A stretch of DNA of 64,000 nucleotides from Hyphomicrobium sp. (GCA_041659825.1 JBAZXL010000009.1:39455-103454), one strand, 5' to 3'; positions 27,484-37,182 are shown, counted from the first letter of the stretch. Numbers and translations: made by a program. The notes: a model not told the origin generated them from the letters alone.

Positions 27484-27841
27484 TCTCGAACCCATTTTGG
27501 GTTCGAGACGGCCCGCCATCCTTTTGCTTTAGGTAAACCCGCCAGTTTGGGCGTGAAATCGAATAATGTTTATTTATATACAAAAAATGTATAGAATAGA
27601 AGAAGCTGGAGTTTTTCCAGTCGGGGTGTCGAAACCCCATACAAAGAACGGCAGGCATCAGCCGTTACTTGGTGCGTCTTCCTCATCAAAATGGCGAAGC
27701 GCGCCAAAGATGTCGCTTCTCGGCTTAGACCGGGAGGCGGCAGTGTATGTTCAGGCTTTCGCGGCTAAAGACTGCCGCACCGTTTGTTCTTTGTAGCGGT
27801 TTCGAACTCCCGGTCACCATGAGGACAATCCTCGGGTGGCC
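27484..27841. other. Inverted-repeat-dense, partly AT-rich divergent intergenic region at the backbone/cargo boundary
   Basis: Perfect IRs: TCTCGAACCCA (27484-27508), TATACA (27577-27593), GCGGCAGT/ACTGCCGC (about 27737-27778), plus several shorter ones. Confidence 0.6.
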
Positions 27842-27867
27842 GTTTCGTTTTGAAGTTGGGGGAGTTC

Positions 27868-28146
27868 ATGCGTTTATTCATTGCCACCGCCGCCGCATGC
27901 GCGGCACTCGCCGGACATCCGGCGCTCGCAGAAGACGCTGCAAGCCAGCAGCCGACACGGATCGAGATCGATCAAAACACGAAGACCTTCGTTTTCATCA
28001 TCGACGACAAGCCTGTGGCACTCCTCAATCAGGACGGACTCGTCGTCCGTGAAGGCATCGTCTATGGCGCAACGCTCTCGGATAAAGGCGTAGAGCATTT
28101 CGACAAGAAAATCGAAAGCCTCAGCAAGGAGGCCGCCGATGACTAG
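27868..28146 (+). CDS. Small secreted beta-rich protein (92 aa)
   Basis: Signal peptide ending in ALA; RBS GGGGAG; 8-nt overlap with the fibre gene. Confidence 0.7.
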   Translation: MRLFIATAAACAALAGHPALAEDAASQQPTRIEIDQNTKTFVFIIDDKPVALLNQDGLVVREGIVYGATLSDKGVEHFDKKIESLSKEAADD

Positions 28147-30721
28147 AATTCTTCTCGCCCTTCTGACTTTGATCACACTGTCCGTATCGGCCCAAGCGCA
28201 GCTCGGCGGCACAGACACGAAACCCGGAGATGCCTGCACAGCGCAGGAGGAGGGCTATATCAGGCGAAATGCCAGCGCCGACCGCGACGTTAGCGAGATC
28301 ACGCTCATCTGCGACGGATCGCAATGGCAAAGCGCAACAGGGGGCGGCGGGCTGGCCGCGCTTCAAGGGCAGAACGATACGGGGCCATGCACTGTAGAAA
28401 AAGACGGGCTGATTAAATACAACGCCAGCGGCAATCCAAAATGGCACTACTGCGACGGAGGTACGACGTCCTGGCTCCCTTTTAGATTACCCCAGTGTCA
28501 AAACGACGATGCTGGGGAATGCACGCTGGCAGCGCTGCGGAACTCGAACGATCCGCAGTTCACAGCCGCGAATCTGCGTTGCGGGTCACAACTGCTGGGC
28601 GTCACTGGAACCTACGGAAGCGGGTCGTCCAGCGCCTTCACATTTGCAGATGCGACGAACGCCGCGCTTTCCACTCTAACCACGGCGAGTTCCGTCACGA
28701 TCAGCGGTATCCCCGCAGGTTGTCCCGGCGAGGTGGAAGTATCAGGGCAAGGCAGCCCCCAGATTTCCATCAACGGAGGGGCGTGGGGAACAACAGGCAG
28801 CATTGCCAATGGTCAGACGCTCGCCGTGCGGCTAACCTCCAGCGCTTCGTTCAGCACAGCGCATATGGCAACGATTTCGGTCGGGTCTACCCAAGACACA
28901 TGGTCGGTCACGACCATGGCGATGGATACGACGCCGAATGCCTTTGACTTCACACCGAATGTTACGAACGCGAACCTGAGTACGCTCACCACTGCCAGCG
29001 CGGTGACTATCAGCGGCATCAATACGACGACTCCGGTATCTGTCACTGGCGCGGGAGCGCAGATCTCGATCGCTGGCGGCGCATGGGTTACGAGCGGAAA
29101 CATCACCAACGGCCAGACAGTGGCTGTGCGGCTGACCTCCAGCGCTTCATTCTCTACAGCGATCACGGCGACAGTGAATGTCGGCGGGGTTACCGATACG
29201 TGGAGCGTAACAACGCTTCCGGTGGACACGACGCCCGATGCGTTCGATTTCACGCCGAATGTCACGAACGCGAACCTGAGTACGCTGACAACGGCGTCAG
29301 CGGTGACCATCAACGGCATTAATACAACGACGCCGGTCTCTGTTACCGGCGCGGGCGCTCAAATTTCTATCAATGGCGGCGCGTGGGGCACGAGCGGAAA
29401 TATCACCAACGGCCAGACATTGGCTGTGCGCCTCACTTCAAGCGCCTCATTCTCCACAGCGATCACGGCCACGGTGACTGTCGGAGGGGTAACAGATGCG
29501 TGGAGCGTGACCACGCTGGCGGCGGATACGACACCCGTTGCATTTGACTTCACGCCGAACTTGACGAATGCCGCTCTTAGTACGCTGACAACGGCCAGTG
29601 CCGTGACCATCACGGGCATCAACACAACGACTCCCGTTTCCGTAACCGGCACGGGCGCGCAGATCTCCATTGCAGGCGGAGCTTGGGGGACATCGGGCAA
29701 TATCACCAACGGGCAAACGCTTGCCGTGCGCCTGACCTCCAGCGCCTCCTTCTCAACCGCCATTACGGCGACGGTGAATGTCGGCGGCGTGACGGACGCA
29801 TGGAGCGTGACCACGCTGGCGGCGGATACGACACCGAATGCGTTCACATTCACCGATCAGACAGACGTTGCGCGGAGTACGCTGACAACGTCGAACAGTA
29901 TCGCAATTGGCGGCATCAACACCACGACGCCGGTTTCGGTCAGCGGCTCGGGCTCTCCGCAGATATCAATCGCCGGAGGGGCTTGGACAACATCGGGCAA
30001 CATCACCAACGGTCAAACTCTGGCTGTGCGGCTTACATCGAGCGCCTCCTATAACACGGCGCTCACTGCGACGGTGAACGTTGGTGGCGTAACCAATGCT
30101 TGGAGTGTAACGACCGAAGCCAACGTCGTGCCCGGCTCGCAGTCTTTCACGACATCCGGGTCATTCAACTTCACAGTGCCTGCCTATAACACTCTTACGG
30201 TGCAGGTTTGGGGTGCCGGTGGAGGAGGAGCGGGGTGTAGCACGACAACAAAAGTCGCGGGCGTCAGCGGCGGGTTATCGCGTTGGGACGGAACCGTCAC
30301 AGCGAATGGTGGCACGCGCGCCTCAACGACTGCCGGAGGGGCAGGAGGGACGGCATCGGGCGGCACCACAAATCTGACAGGTCAGAACGGCAGCACCGCC
30401 GGGACACAGGCCGGGCCGGGTGGAGACGGCGCTAACGGTGGGGCGGGTGGAGATACAATCCCGGGTTACGGTACGGGAAGACCGGGCGTTGCTCCGGGCG
30501 GCGGCGGCGCTGGCGGCGGTTATTCAGGCGGACGCTCAGGTAACTGCAGAGGCAGCGGCGCTGGTGGTGGCGGTTACTCAGCACGCTCCTACGCAGCTGG
30601 AGTGTACACTCCCGGAGAGATCGTGCCGGTGGTGGTAGGGGCCAGAGGTACCGGCGGTAACGGTTCAAGCTATGACGGCGGGCTTGGCGCTTACGGCCGC
30701 GTGGTCGTCACATGGAACTAG
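28139..30721 (+). CDS. Secreted fibre/adhesin-like protein: Cys motifs, five ~100-aa Thr/Ser-rich repeats, C-terminal glycine-rich tip
   Basis: Signal peptide (AQA); two C..G.I.Y/R..CDG..W motifs; NLRCGSQLLGVTGT; DTTP.AF.F repeats; FTVPAYNTLTVQVWGAGGGG...GRVVVTW. Confidence 0.85.
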   Translation: MTRILLALLTLITLSVSAQAQLGGTDTKPGDACTAQEEGYIRRNASADRDVSEITLICDGSQWQSATGGGGLAALQGQNDTGPCTVEKDGLIKYNASGNPKWHYCDGGTTSWLPFRLPQCQNDDAGECTLAALRNSNDPQFTAANLRCGSQLLGVTGTYGSGSSSAFTFADATNAALSTLTTASSVTISGIPAGCPGEVEVSGQGSPQISINGGAWGTTGSIANGQTLAVRLTSSASFSTAHMATISVGSTQDTWSVTTMAMDTTPNAFDFTPNVTNANLSTLTTASAVTISGINTTTPVSVTGAGAQISIAGGAWVTSGNITNGQTVAVRLTSSASFSTAITATVNVGGVTDTWSVTTLPVDTTPDAFDFTPNVTNANLSTLTTASAVTINGINTTTPVSVTGAGAQISINGGAWGTSGNITNGQTLAVRLTSSASFSTAITATVTVGGVTDAWSVTTLAADTTPVAFDFTPNLTNAALSTLTTASAVTITGINTTTPVSVTGTGAQISIAGGAWGTSGNITNGQTLAVRLTSSASFSTAITATVNVGGVTDAWSVTTLAADTTPNAFTFTDQTDVARSTLTTSNSIAIGGINTTTPVSVSGSGSPQISIAGGAWTTSGNITNGQTLAVRLTSSASYNTALTATVNVGGVTNAWSVTTEANVVPGSQSFTTSGSFNFTVPAYNTLTVQVWGAGGGGAGCSTTTKVAGVSGGLSRWDGTVTANGGTRASTTAGGAGGTASGGTTNLTGQNGSTAGTQAGPGGDGANGGAGGDTIPGYGTGRPGVAPGGGGAGGGYSGGRSGNCRGSGAGGGGYSARSYAAGVYTPGEIVPVVVGARGTGGNGSSYDGGLGAYGRVVVTWN
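28625..30121 (+). repeat. Five intragenic ~300-bp tandem repeats
   Basis: DTTP codons start at 28925, 29225, 29525 and 29825 (exact 300-nt spacing), plus a divergent first unit. Confidence 0.9.
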
Positions 30722-32253
30722 GTGCCGTGGAATGGCGGCGCATCGCACTGGCGCTGCTTGTCGGCGCTTGGTCATTGATGGGCCAGTTTATCTTTAACCG
30801 GATCATCTTTTTCTATGTCGCCAATTCGGAATATGTCGCCGCCTCCATCATCACACTTCACCTTCTGGGTTTTCTTTTGGGGTCGTTGGCCGTGCGGCGC
30901 TGGAACTTGCCGATACCGTGGCTGATAGCACTCTCAATGGCCACGATGGCGCTGGCATTCTTCTTTATCTGGTGGGCCGGGGTGCTGTGGTTCGGGCTGT
31001 TTGCTACGGTTGGCATGGCCGCTTCATTCTCCATGCTCTCGGCTGCTTTAGCGGGCGCGCTGGTGATATCGCTGATGGCGCCTGTAGCGCAGACGGAGCA
31101 GGGCCGCGCCATCATTATTGCCGATACGGCAGGCTCCGTTCTGGGGGCTTTGGTCGGCGGCTTTTTGTTGATCCCGCTATGGGGCATCAATGCCAGCTTT
31201 GCCGGAGTTTTGGCGATACAATCGCTTTCCCTGCTGTTGATCCCGGGTCCTTTGAGATGGGCTTCTATGGCGTGTGGTGTGACGCTGATTGCTCTTGGGC
31301 AGTTTGCCTCGCCCATGGCAGGCAAGCATAAGGATGTTCTGACAGTTGAGGGGTTTCCGATTGAGCTGACACAGGAGGACGGAAAAATCCTTTTTGAAAC
31401 ACGCTCACCCTACGGGCTTTTAAGCGCTACTGAAATCGGCGGGCAGACAATCATCAATATCGATAACCGGCCCTTGTGCAGCGTTGGGGAACGCTGGGCC
31501 GGTCATGTTGACCCTTCGGCGTGGGATACCGGCGAGATTCCGATGAAGATCGTTGGTGAGCGCGAAAACATGCGGGTAGCGAATGTCGGCCTTGGCTGCG
31601 GGATAACCCTGTCGGGAATTCTCTCCCGGTTGCCGGAATCGGGAACGGTTGATGTCATCGAACTGAACCCCGAGATGCCGAGGGCACAGGAGCTGTTTCG
31701 CCCGCTCCTGAAACCATCGACCGACGATCCGCGAGTGACGATCCTTATCGATGACGGGTTCCGCCACTTTGCGGTGCGCGGCGAAGGTGATCTTTACGAT
31801 GTCATAGCCATAGATGTAGCGTGGATGCAGAACATGAACGCCACGCACCTGTTCTCGCGGGAGATGTATCAGAACCTTGCAAAACATCTGAAACAGGATG
31901 GTGTGGTATCCGTTTGGAGCGAAGAGTCGAACCCGTTCTCTCCCGTATCACTCATCATCTACAAGACGCTGGCCGAAGTGTTTCCGGAGGTTATCGTTGA
32001 AACCAAAGACGGGCTGGTTGTGTTTATCGCATCACCCGGCCGAAACGATCTGGTGGATTTCGTGCGCCCGGAGATGCAGTCCGTCCGGGACTGGATGTCG
32101 GGTGCGTCTGAATCCTATCCCATCAATAGCCTGAACGATTTGGCCATGAACCGCTTCAAGTTCACGGTCACGGGCGACAGTACGTGGGAAAGGCTGGAAC
32201 AGAAATACGGCGCGATGCGGGAAGCTCTCTCCGCGAGAACTGAGATCGACTAA
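30712..32253 (+). CDS. Membrane-bound spermidine-synthase-like SAM methyltransferase (fused MFS/SpeE type); start possibly GTG30727
   Basis: About six N-terminal TMs; VANVGLGCGIT, VDVIELNP, ILIDDGFRHF, YDVIAIDV, HLFSREMY. Confidence 0.8.
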   Translation: MELGAVEWRRIALALLVGAWSLMGQFIFNRIIFFYVANSEYVAASIITLHLLGFLLGSLAVRRWNLPIPWLIALSMATMALAFFFIWWAGVLWFGLFATVGMAASFSMLSAALAGALVISLMAPVAQTEQGRAIIIADTAGSVLGALVGGFLLIPLWGINASFAGVLAIQSLSLLLIPGPLRWASMACGVTLIALGQFASPMAGKHKDVLTVEGFPIELTQEDGKILFETRSPYGLLSATEIGGQTIINIDNRPLCSVGERWAGHVDPSAWDTGEIPMKIVGERENMRVANVGLGCGITLSGILSRLPESGTVDVIELNPEMPRAQELFRPLLKPSTDDPRVTILIDDGFRHFAVRGEGDLYDVIAIDVAWMQNMNATHLFSREMYQNLAKHLKQDGVVSVWSEESNPFSPVSLIIYKTLAEVFPEVIVETKDGLVVFIASPGRNDLVDFVRPEMQSVRDWMSGASESYPINSLNDLAMNRFKFTVTGDSTWERLEQKYGAMREALSARTEID

Positions 32254-32629
32254 TTTCTTGGTGGCTATGCTCGGGGGCATGGGCCTCGTGAAAAAATTTG
32301 GGATGAGATCGCTAAAGGATCGGCCGTAAAAGCGCCGCGCGAAATCAGCAATCTCTGCGGGGACTAGGATGGGCAATGTGGGGCCGCATGCCTTGTGTTC
32401 GGGTGGGGCTTCGCGTTTTGATAGGGACAGGACCAGATGATGAAGCTTGGGCGGCTCGTTCTCATCATAGGGCTAGGCACGTTCTGGGAGAGTGCCGCGA
32501 CTGCTGGTGCGTTGAAAAGCTTCCTCGGGCAGAAGGATGTGGCCGTGGAAGCAGCGGCGTTTTGGCGGTGAAGATTTTCGCGTGCCTTCGCTACGGCGCT
32601 GACGCAGGTTGGATTGAGGGAGAAAACGC

Positions 32630-33670
32630 GTGAAAAGATCGCATTTGTACGTGCTGGTCGCGGGCCTTCCTTGTTGGGGGGCGATCCTGGCCGTTGCCCA
32701 AGAGGGAACGCCGACCGTCCTCGTTGAAACATCGAAAGTGCAAGAAAAAGCGTTCGATGAGACGCTGACCGTCTACGGCCGCGTGCAGGCCGATCCAAAA
32801 TCCGAGGTCAGCGTGTCGGTCCCGCAGCCCGGTCTAATCAAACGGCTGTTTGTCCGCACGGGGGATCCAGTGATCCAAGGGCAGCCGCTTGCGGAATTCG
32901 AAACTGCGCCCATCGCGCGGTTCAGCTTCCAGCAAGCACAGAACGCGCTCGATCTCGCCAAGGCGGAAGCCGGGCGGGCAGAGGAGCTGGCGCAGAAAGC
33001 CATTATCCCGGCAAGTCAGCTCGACATTGCCCGCCAGAAGCTGGCCGACGCCCGGGCGCGGTTCGACGAGGAAAAGCAGCTTGGCGGGGAAGCCGCCACG
33101 ATCGCGCTCAATTCACCGCATGAGGGAATTGTCTCGCAGGTAGTGGTGAGCTTGGGAGACCGTGTCGCAGCCGACAAAGCGATCGCCACCGTGGCAAGCG
33201 CCGACCACTTAGTCGTCATGCTCGGGTTAGAGCCAGAAGATGCCGCGCGCGTGAAGTCCGGTCTGAGCGTGCACCTTGATGCCGTTTTTGATGAACCTGT
33301 ATCCAAAACCGCCACCATTAGCGCTGTTGGTCGCGTCATCAATCCGGCGACACGGCTGGTCGACGCGATCGCCACCATGCCGGATGACAAAGTGAGTCAA
33401 CTAATGATCGGCACGATAGTCACGGCCAACGTCGTTCTTGGGTCGCATACATCCTTGGTCGTCCCCATGTCGGCGGTGCTCAAGGATGCCACGGGCGACC
33501 ACGTGTTTGTGGTTCAAGCCGGCAAAGCCAAGCGCGTGCCCGTTGTTTCCGGGTTGCCTGCCGGCGAGAAGCTGATCGCGGTCACTGGATCTCTGTCGAA
33601 GGGCGACGAGGTGGTGTCGGTTGGCAATTTCGAGCTCAGCGATGGCGCGGCCGTCAGGACTCAACCATGA
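32630..33670 (+). CDS. RND efflux periplasmic adaptor (MFP)
   Basis: Lipoyl/hairpin motifs (GLIKRLFVRTGDPVIQGQPL, SPHEGIVSQVVVSLGD); ATGA-coupled to the permease. Confidence 0.9.
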   Translation: MKRSHLYVLVAGLPCWGAILAVAQEGTPTVLVETSKVQEKAFDETLTVYGRVQADPKSEVSVSVPQPGLIKRLFVRTGDPVIQGQPLAEFETAPIARFSFQQAQNALDLAKAEAGRAEELAQKAIIPASQLDIARQKLADARARFDEEKQLGGEAATIALNSPHEGIVSQVVVSLGDRVAADKAIATVASADHLVVMLGLEPEDAARVKSGLSVHLDAVFDEPVSKTATISAVGRVINPATRLVDAIATMPDDKVSQLMIGTIVTANVVLGSHTSLVVPMSAVLKDATGDHVFVVQAGKAKRVPVVSGLPAGEKLIAVTGSLSKGDEVVSVGNFELSDGAAVRTQP

Positions 33671-36600
33671 CGGAAATCGTTCAGAAGGCCTTTCTGCGCC
33701 GCAGATCGCTGCTCTTCACACTCGCGGCGCTCATCATCGCGGGAACTCTCTACGCCGCTTATGTTCCGGTTGCGCTCTTTCCGCAGGTGAACTTTCCGAG
33801 GATTGTCGTGTCGCTCGAGGCCGGTGATCGGCCCGCATCGCAAATGGTCACGCTGGTAACGCGTCCGTCCGAAACCGCTCTACGGTCGGTTGTTGGCGTC
33901 CGCTCGCTGCGCTCGATCTCAAGCCGCGGCAGCGCCGAAATTTCGGTGAACTTTCCTTGGGGACACCCGATGGATCTCGCCGCGACGGAGGTCGGTGCGG
34001 CGGTCGCTCAGCTCCTTCCGTCGCTCCCTGCGGGCACGACCTTCAAGGTCCGACGCATGGACCCGACCGTGTTTCCGGTCGCGGCGATGAGCTTTATCTC
34101 GACGTCCATCGCACCAGTGGAACTGCGCAACATCGTCGAATTGACCATCGCGCCGGCTCTGTCTGCGATACCGGGAGTGGCGCGCACGAGCGTGATTGGC
34201 GGCGCACTGCGCGAATATCAGGTCGAGATTGATCCGATGCGGCTCCGGACCTACGGCCTGGCGATTGGCGACGTCACGGCTGCATTGACAGCCGCCAATA
34301 TCCTGCAAGCGACCGGTAAACTCGAGGAAGACTACAAACTTTATCTCGTGCTCTCGGATGAGCGCTTTCACGATCTTGACGCGATACGGCGTACGGTTTT
34401 GAGAACCGGAGGGACAGGGATTGTCGAACTTGAGGATGTCGCATCCGTCAAGGAAAGCGTGGTGCCGAACTGGACCAGGGTCTCGGCCGATGGGCGCGAG
34501 GCCGTGTCGTTGCAAGTGTTTCAGCAGCCGGACGGCAACACGGTCCAGATCGTCGCGGACCTCAAGGCCAAATTGGCCGATCTCAAGACAATGGTGCCGA
34601 CGGGCGTGACGCAATCCTTTTGGTACGATCAAAGCGAACTGATTGTGGCATCGGCGACCAGTGTTCGCGACGCGATCCTGACCGGCAGCGTGCTTGCGGC
34701 GCTCGTCCTGCTTGTTTTTCTCCGAAGCATTCGAGTGACAATGATCGCCGCCGTCGTTGTGCCATCGGTTATGGCGATCACTGCACTCATACTTGGCATT
34801 CTGGGCCAAAGCTTCAATATCATGACGCTTGGCGGCATGGCGGCGGCGATCGGATTGATCATCGATGATGTGATCGTGGTCATCGAGTACATCGAGACTC
34901 GGTTGAGAGGGGCGACGATTGCCGAACGAGAGGCTTCTGCTGCGGCCGCGGCCAACGACTTTCTGAAGCCGCTCGTTGGATCGAGCCTCGCGACACTGAT
35001 CATCTTCCTGCCGCTGGCGTTCCTGACGGGCGTGACGGGAGCATTTTTCGCCGCGCTCTCGCTGACGATTGCGGTCGCTTTGACGATATCCTTCATCCTG
35101 TCGTGGCTTGTTGTGCCGCTGCTTGCCGCCTGGTTGTTGCGGCCTGGTGATGTCCACGAGGAGGACGCACAGGAATCGCGCCGGGAGGGCCTCTGGGCCC
35201 GCACAGTCTCGACGGCGCAGCGATGGCCAATGGTGGTCGCCGCATCGATCCTACCGCTGGCGGCCGCCGGATATTTGGTCACGACTAAGCTTGCATCCGG
35301 CTTTTTACCGCCGATGGATGAAGGTGGGTTTGTACTCGACTACAAGACACCGCCCGGCACGTCGCTCACGGAGACGGATCGCTTGTTGCAACAGGTCGAG
35401 GCCATCCTGCGGGCGACGACTGAAGTTGCGACCTATTCCCGGCGCACCGGCGCCGCGCTCGGCGGCGGGTTGACGGAACCCAACGAAGGGGATTTCTTCA
35501 TTCGCCTCAAGCCACCGCCACGCAAACCTATTCATGCCGTAATGGCAGACATCCGGACACAGATTAGGATCCAGGTTCCGGGCATCAACGTCGAAATGGC
35601 ACTCTTGATGGAGGACCTGATCGGGGATCTGACGGCTGTCCCGCAACCGATTGAGGTCAAGCTCTATGGGTCCGAAGCCGTCCTGCTGGAAGTCGCGCCA
35701 AAGGTCGCCGCTGTTGTCTCCTCATTACCGGGGCTGGTCGAAGTGCAAGACGGTGTGACCCCGGCAGGAGACGCCCTGCTCGTCAAGATTGATCATGTGA
35801 AGGCGGGACTTCAAGGCATCGATCCCGCCGTTGCGACCGCACAGCTCAATGCCATGATTGCCGGCGATATATCCACGACCATCGACGAAGGAGAACGATC
35901 CATCGGCGTGCGCGTCACGACGCGACCAACCATCCGGGATGATATCGCGCGCATCGGCAATCTCGAACTCAAATCGGCGGACGGCCACATGGTGCCGCTG
36001 CGAAAGATCGCGACAATCGAACGCGAGACCGGACAACCTCAGATCGTTCGTGAAAACCTTCAGCCGATGCGGGCCGTTACAGCCAGAATAGAGGGTACCG
36101 ACATGGGCTCGGCTGCGGCCGCGGTGACGGCAAAGCTCTCGGAGGCCGGCGTTCTTCCTCGGTCTGTTAGGTTCGAGTTGGGCGGCCTCTATGCCGAGCA
36201 ACAACAAGCGTTCTACGGCCTGATGCTGGTTATTGTCGCGGCGTTTGGACTGGTTCTGCTGCTATTGCTGCTGCTGTTTGAAGACTTCATGATTGCCGGG
36301 TCCATCCTGCTGATGCCAGTGCTGGCTGCGTGCGGCTCCATGCTGGCGCTCGCGGCAACAGGATCGGAACTCAACATTTCGGCCATTATGGGATTGACCA
36401 TGGTGATCGGTATCGTCACCGAAGTCGCGATTATTTATTTCACGGCGTTCGAAGGGTTTCGAGCGACCGGCAAGTCGGCGGCAGAGGCATTGGCGCTCGC
36501 GACCCGGACGCGCGCCCGTCCGATCGTTATGACCACGCTGGCGGCGATCCTTGCCTTGCTGCCTTTGGCGCTCGCCCTCGGCCAGGGCGCACAGATGCAG

Positions 36601-36714
36601 CAGCCCCTCGCGATTGCCATCATCGGGGGCCTGATCCTTCAAGCGCCTCTCGTGCTGTTCGTGTTGCCTGCCATCAATCTCGTCTTTGGAAGATTCGAAA
36701 CCCAGAACACATGA
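33667..36714 (+). CDS. RND efflux permease (AcrB/CusA superfamily)
   Basis: 1015 aa; IGLIIDDVIVVIE in TM4; RARPIVMTT; QQPLAIAIIGGL. Confidence 0.92.
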   Translation: MTEIVQKAFLRRRSLLFTLAALIIAGTLYAAYVPVALFPQVNFPRIVVSLEAGDRPASQMVTLVTRPSETALRSVVGVRSLRSISSRGSAEISVNFPWGHPMDLAATEVGAAVAQLLPSLPAGTTFKVRRMDPTVFPVAAMSFISTSIAPVELRNIVELTIAPALSAIPGVARTSVIGGALREYQVEIDPMRLRTYGLAIGDVTAALTAANILQATGKLEEDYKLYLVLSDERFHDLDAIRRTVLRTGGTGIVELEDVASVKESVVPNWTRVSADGREAVSLQVFQQPDGNTVQIVADLKAKLADLKTMVPTGVTQSFWYDQSELIVASATSVRDAILTGSVLAALVLLVFLRSIRVTMIAAVVVPSVMAITALILGILGQSFNIMTLGGMAAAIGLIIDDVIVVIEYIETRLRGATIAEREASAAAAANDFLKPLVGSSLATLIIFLPLAFLTGVTGAFFAALSLTIAVALTISFILSWLVVPLLAAWLLRPGDVHEEDAQESRREGLWARTVSTAQRWPMVVAASILPLAAAGYLVTTKLASGFLPPMDEGGFVLDYKTPPGTSLTETDRLLQQVEAILRATTEVATYSRRTGAALGGGLTEPNEGDFFIRLKPPPRKPIHAVMADIRTQIRIQVPGINVEMALLMEDLIGDLTAVPQPIEVKLYGSEAVLLEVAPKVAAVVSSLPGLVEVQDGVTPAGDALLVKIDHVKAGLQGIDPAVATAQLNAMIAGDISTTIDEGERSIGVRVTTRPTIRDDIARIGNLELKSADGHMVPLRKIATIERETGQPQIVRENLQPMRAVTARIEGTDMGSAAAAVTAKLSEAGVLPRSVRFELGGLYAEQQQAFYGLMLVIVAAFGLVLLLLLLLFEDFMIAGSILLMPVLAACGSMLALAATGSELNISAIMGLTMVIGIVTEVAIIYFTAFEGFRATGKSAAEALALATRTRARPIVMTTLAAILALLPLALALGQGAQMQQPLAIAIIGGLILQAPLVLFVLPAINLVFGRFETQNT

Positions 36715-36946
36715 TTTTGGGATGGTTGCTCGAGAGGCGGCGGAAAACTCATACGCGCGGTTCAACCACTCTCCCGAGGATCAGACTCGATCGACGCGAA
36801 GCGCGTCCATGACAAGTGCACTGGATACGTTAGGAAAGGCAGAGAAACCCTTTTTCTTGGAGCCTGTGCGCATGCTTGCGAAGCTCTAGGTCATACCCAA
36901 CGCGCATCTTCTTACTGTTGTATCGTGTTCTCTTTCTGGAGCGGCG

Positions 36947-36974
36947 GTCAGGCCAGCTGCTGAGCTGGCCTGAC
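36947..36974 (-). terminator. Perfect 12-bp hairpin after the 62-aa ORF
   Basis: GTCAGGCCAGCT-GCTG-AGCTGGCCTGAC; no clear U-tract. Confidence 0.5.
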
Positions 36975-36993
36975 TGACGAGACACGCCGGGTC

Positions 36994-37182
36994 TCAACTA
37001 TGGGCATGCCGCTTCGCCGCCATAGGGGCAACTTTGGCGGAAAGCGGCTTTGCATGGTCATGAGGAACGGCATACGGCGTGCTCTTGTACGGATTGCGCC
37101 AAATCGTATTGGCCTCGGCGCCGCCGATGAGCGTAGCTGAGCCGACAGCAGCGGTTGCAATGGCAAGAATAATCCGGTTCAT
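36994..37182 (-). CDS. Small secreted His-containing protein (62 aa)
   Basis: Signal peptide (AEA); RBS AGGAG; own hairpin; shared upstream motif. Confidence 0.6.
   Translation of the reverse strand: MNRIILAIATAAVGSATLIGGAEANTIWRNPYKSTPYAVPHDHAKPLSAKVAPMAAKRHAHS

Noticed and set aside
28625-30121. Regular repeats as a CRISPR array or DGR template
   Set aside because: They are 300-bp in-frame coding units with no spacers, cas genes or reverse transcriptase.
28139-30721. Prophage, tailocin or T6SS because of the tail-fibre-like tip
   Set aside because: The protein has a Sec signal peptide, and no capsid, tail, baseplate or lysis genes are present.
32253-32630. Short ORFs between the methyltransferase and the RND adaptor, including a 44-aa MMKLGRLV ORF
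   Set aside because: No recognisable motif or supporting signal; possibly a remnant, but it cannot be supported.
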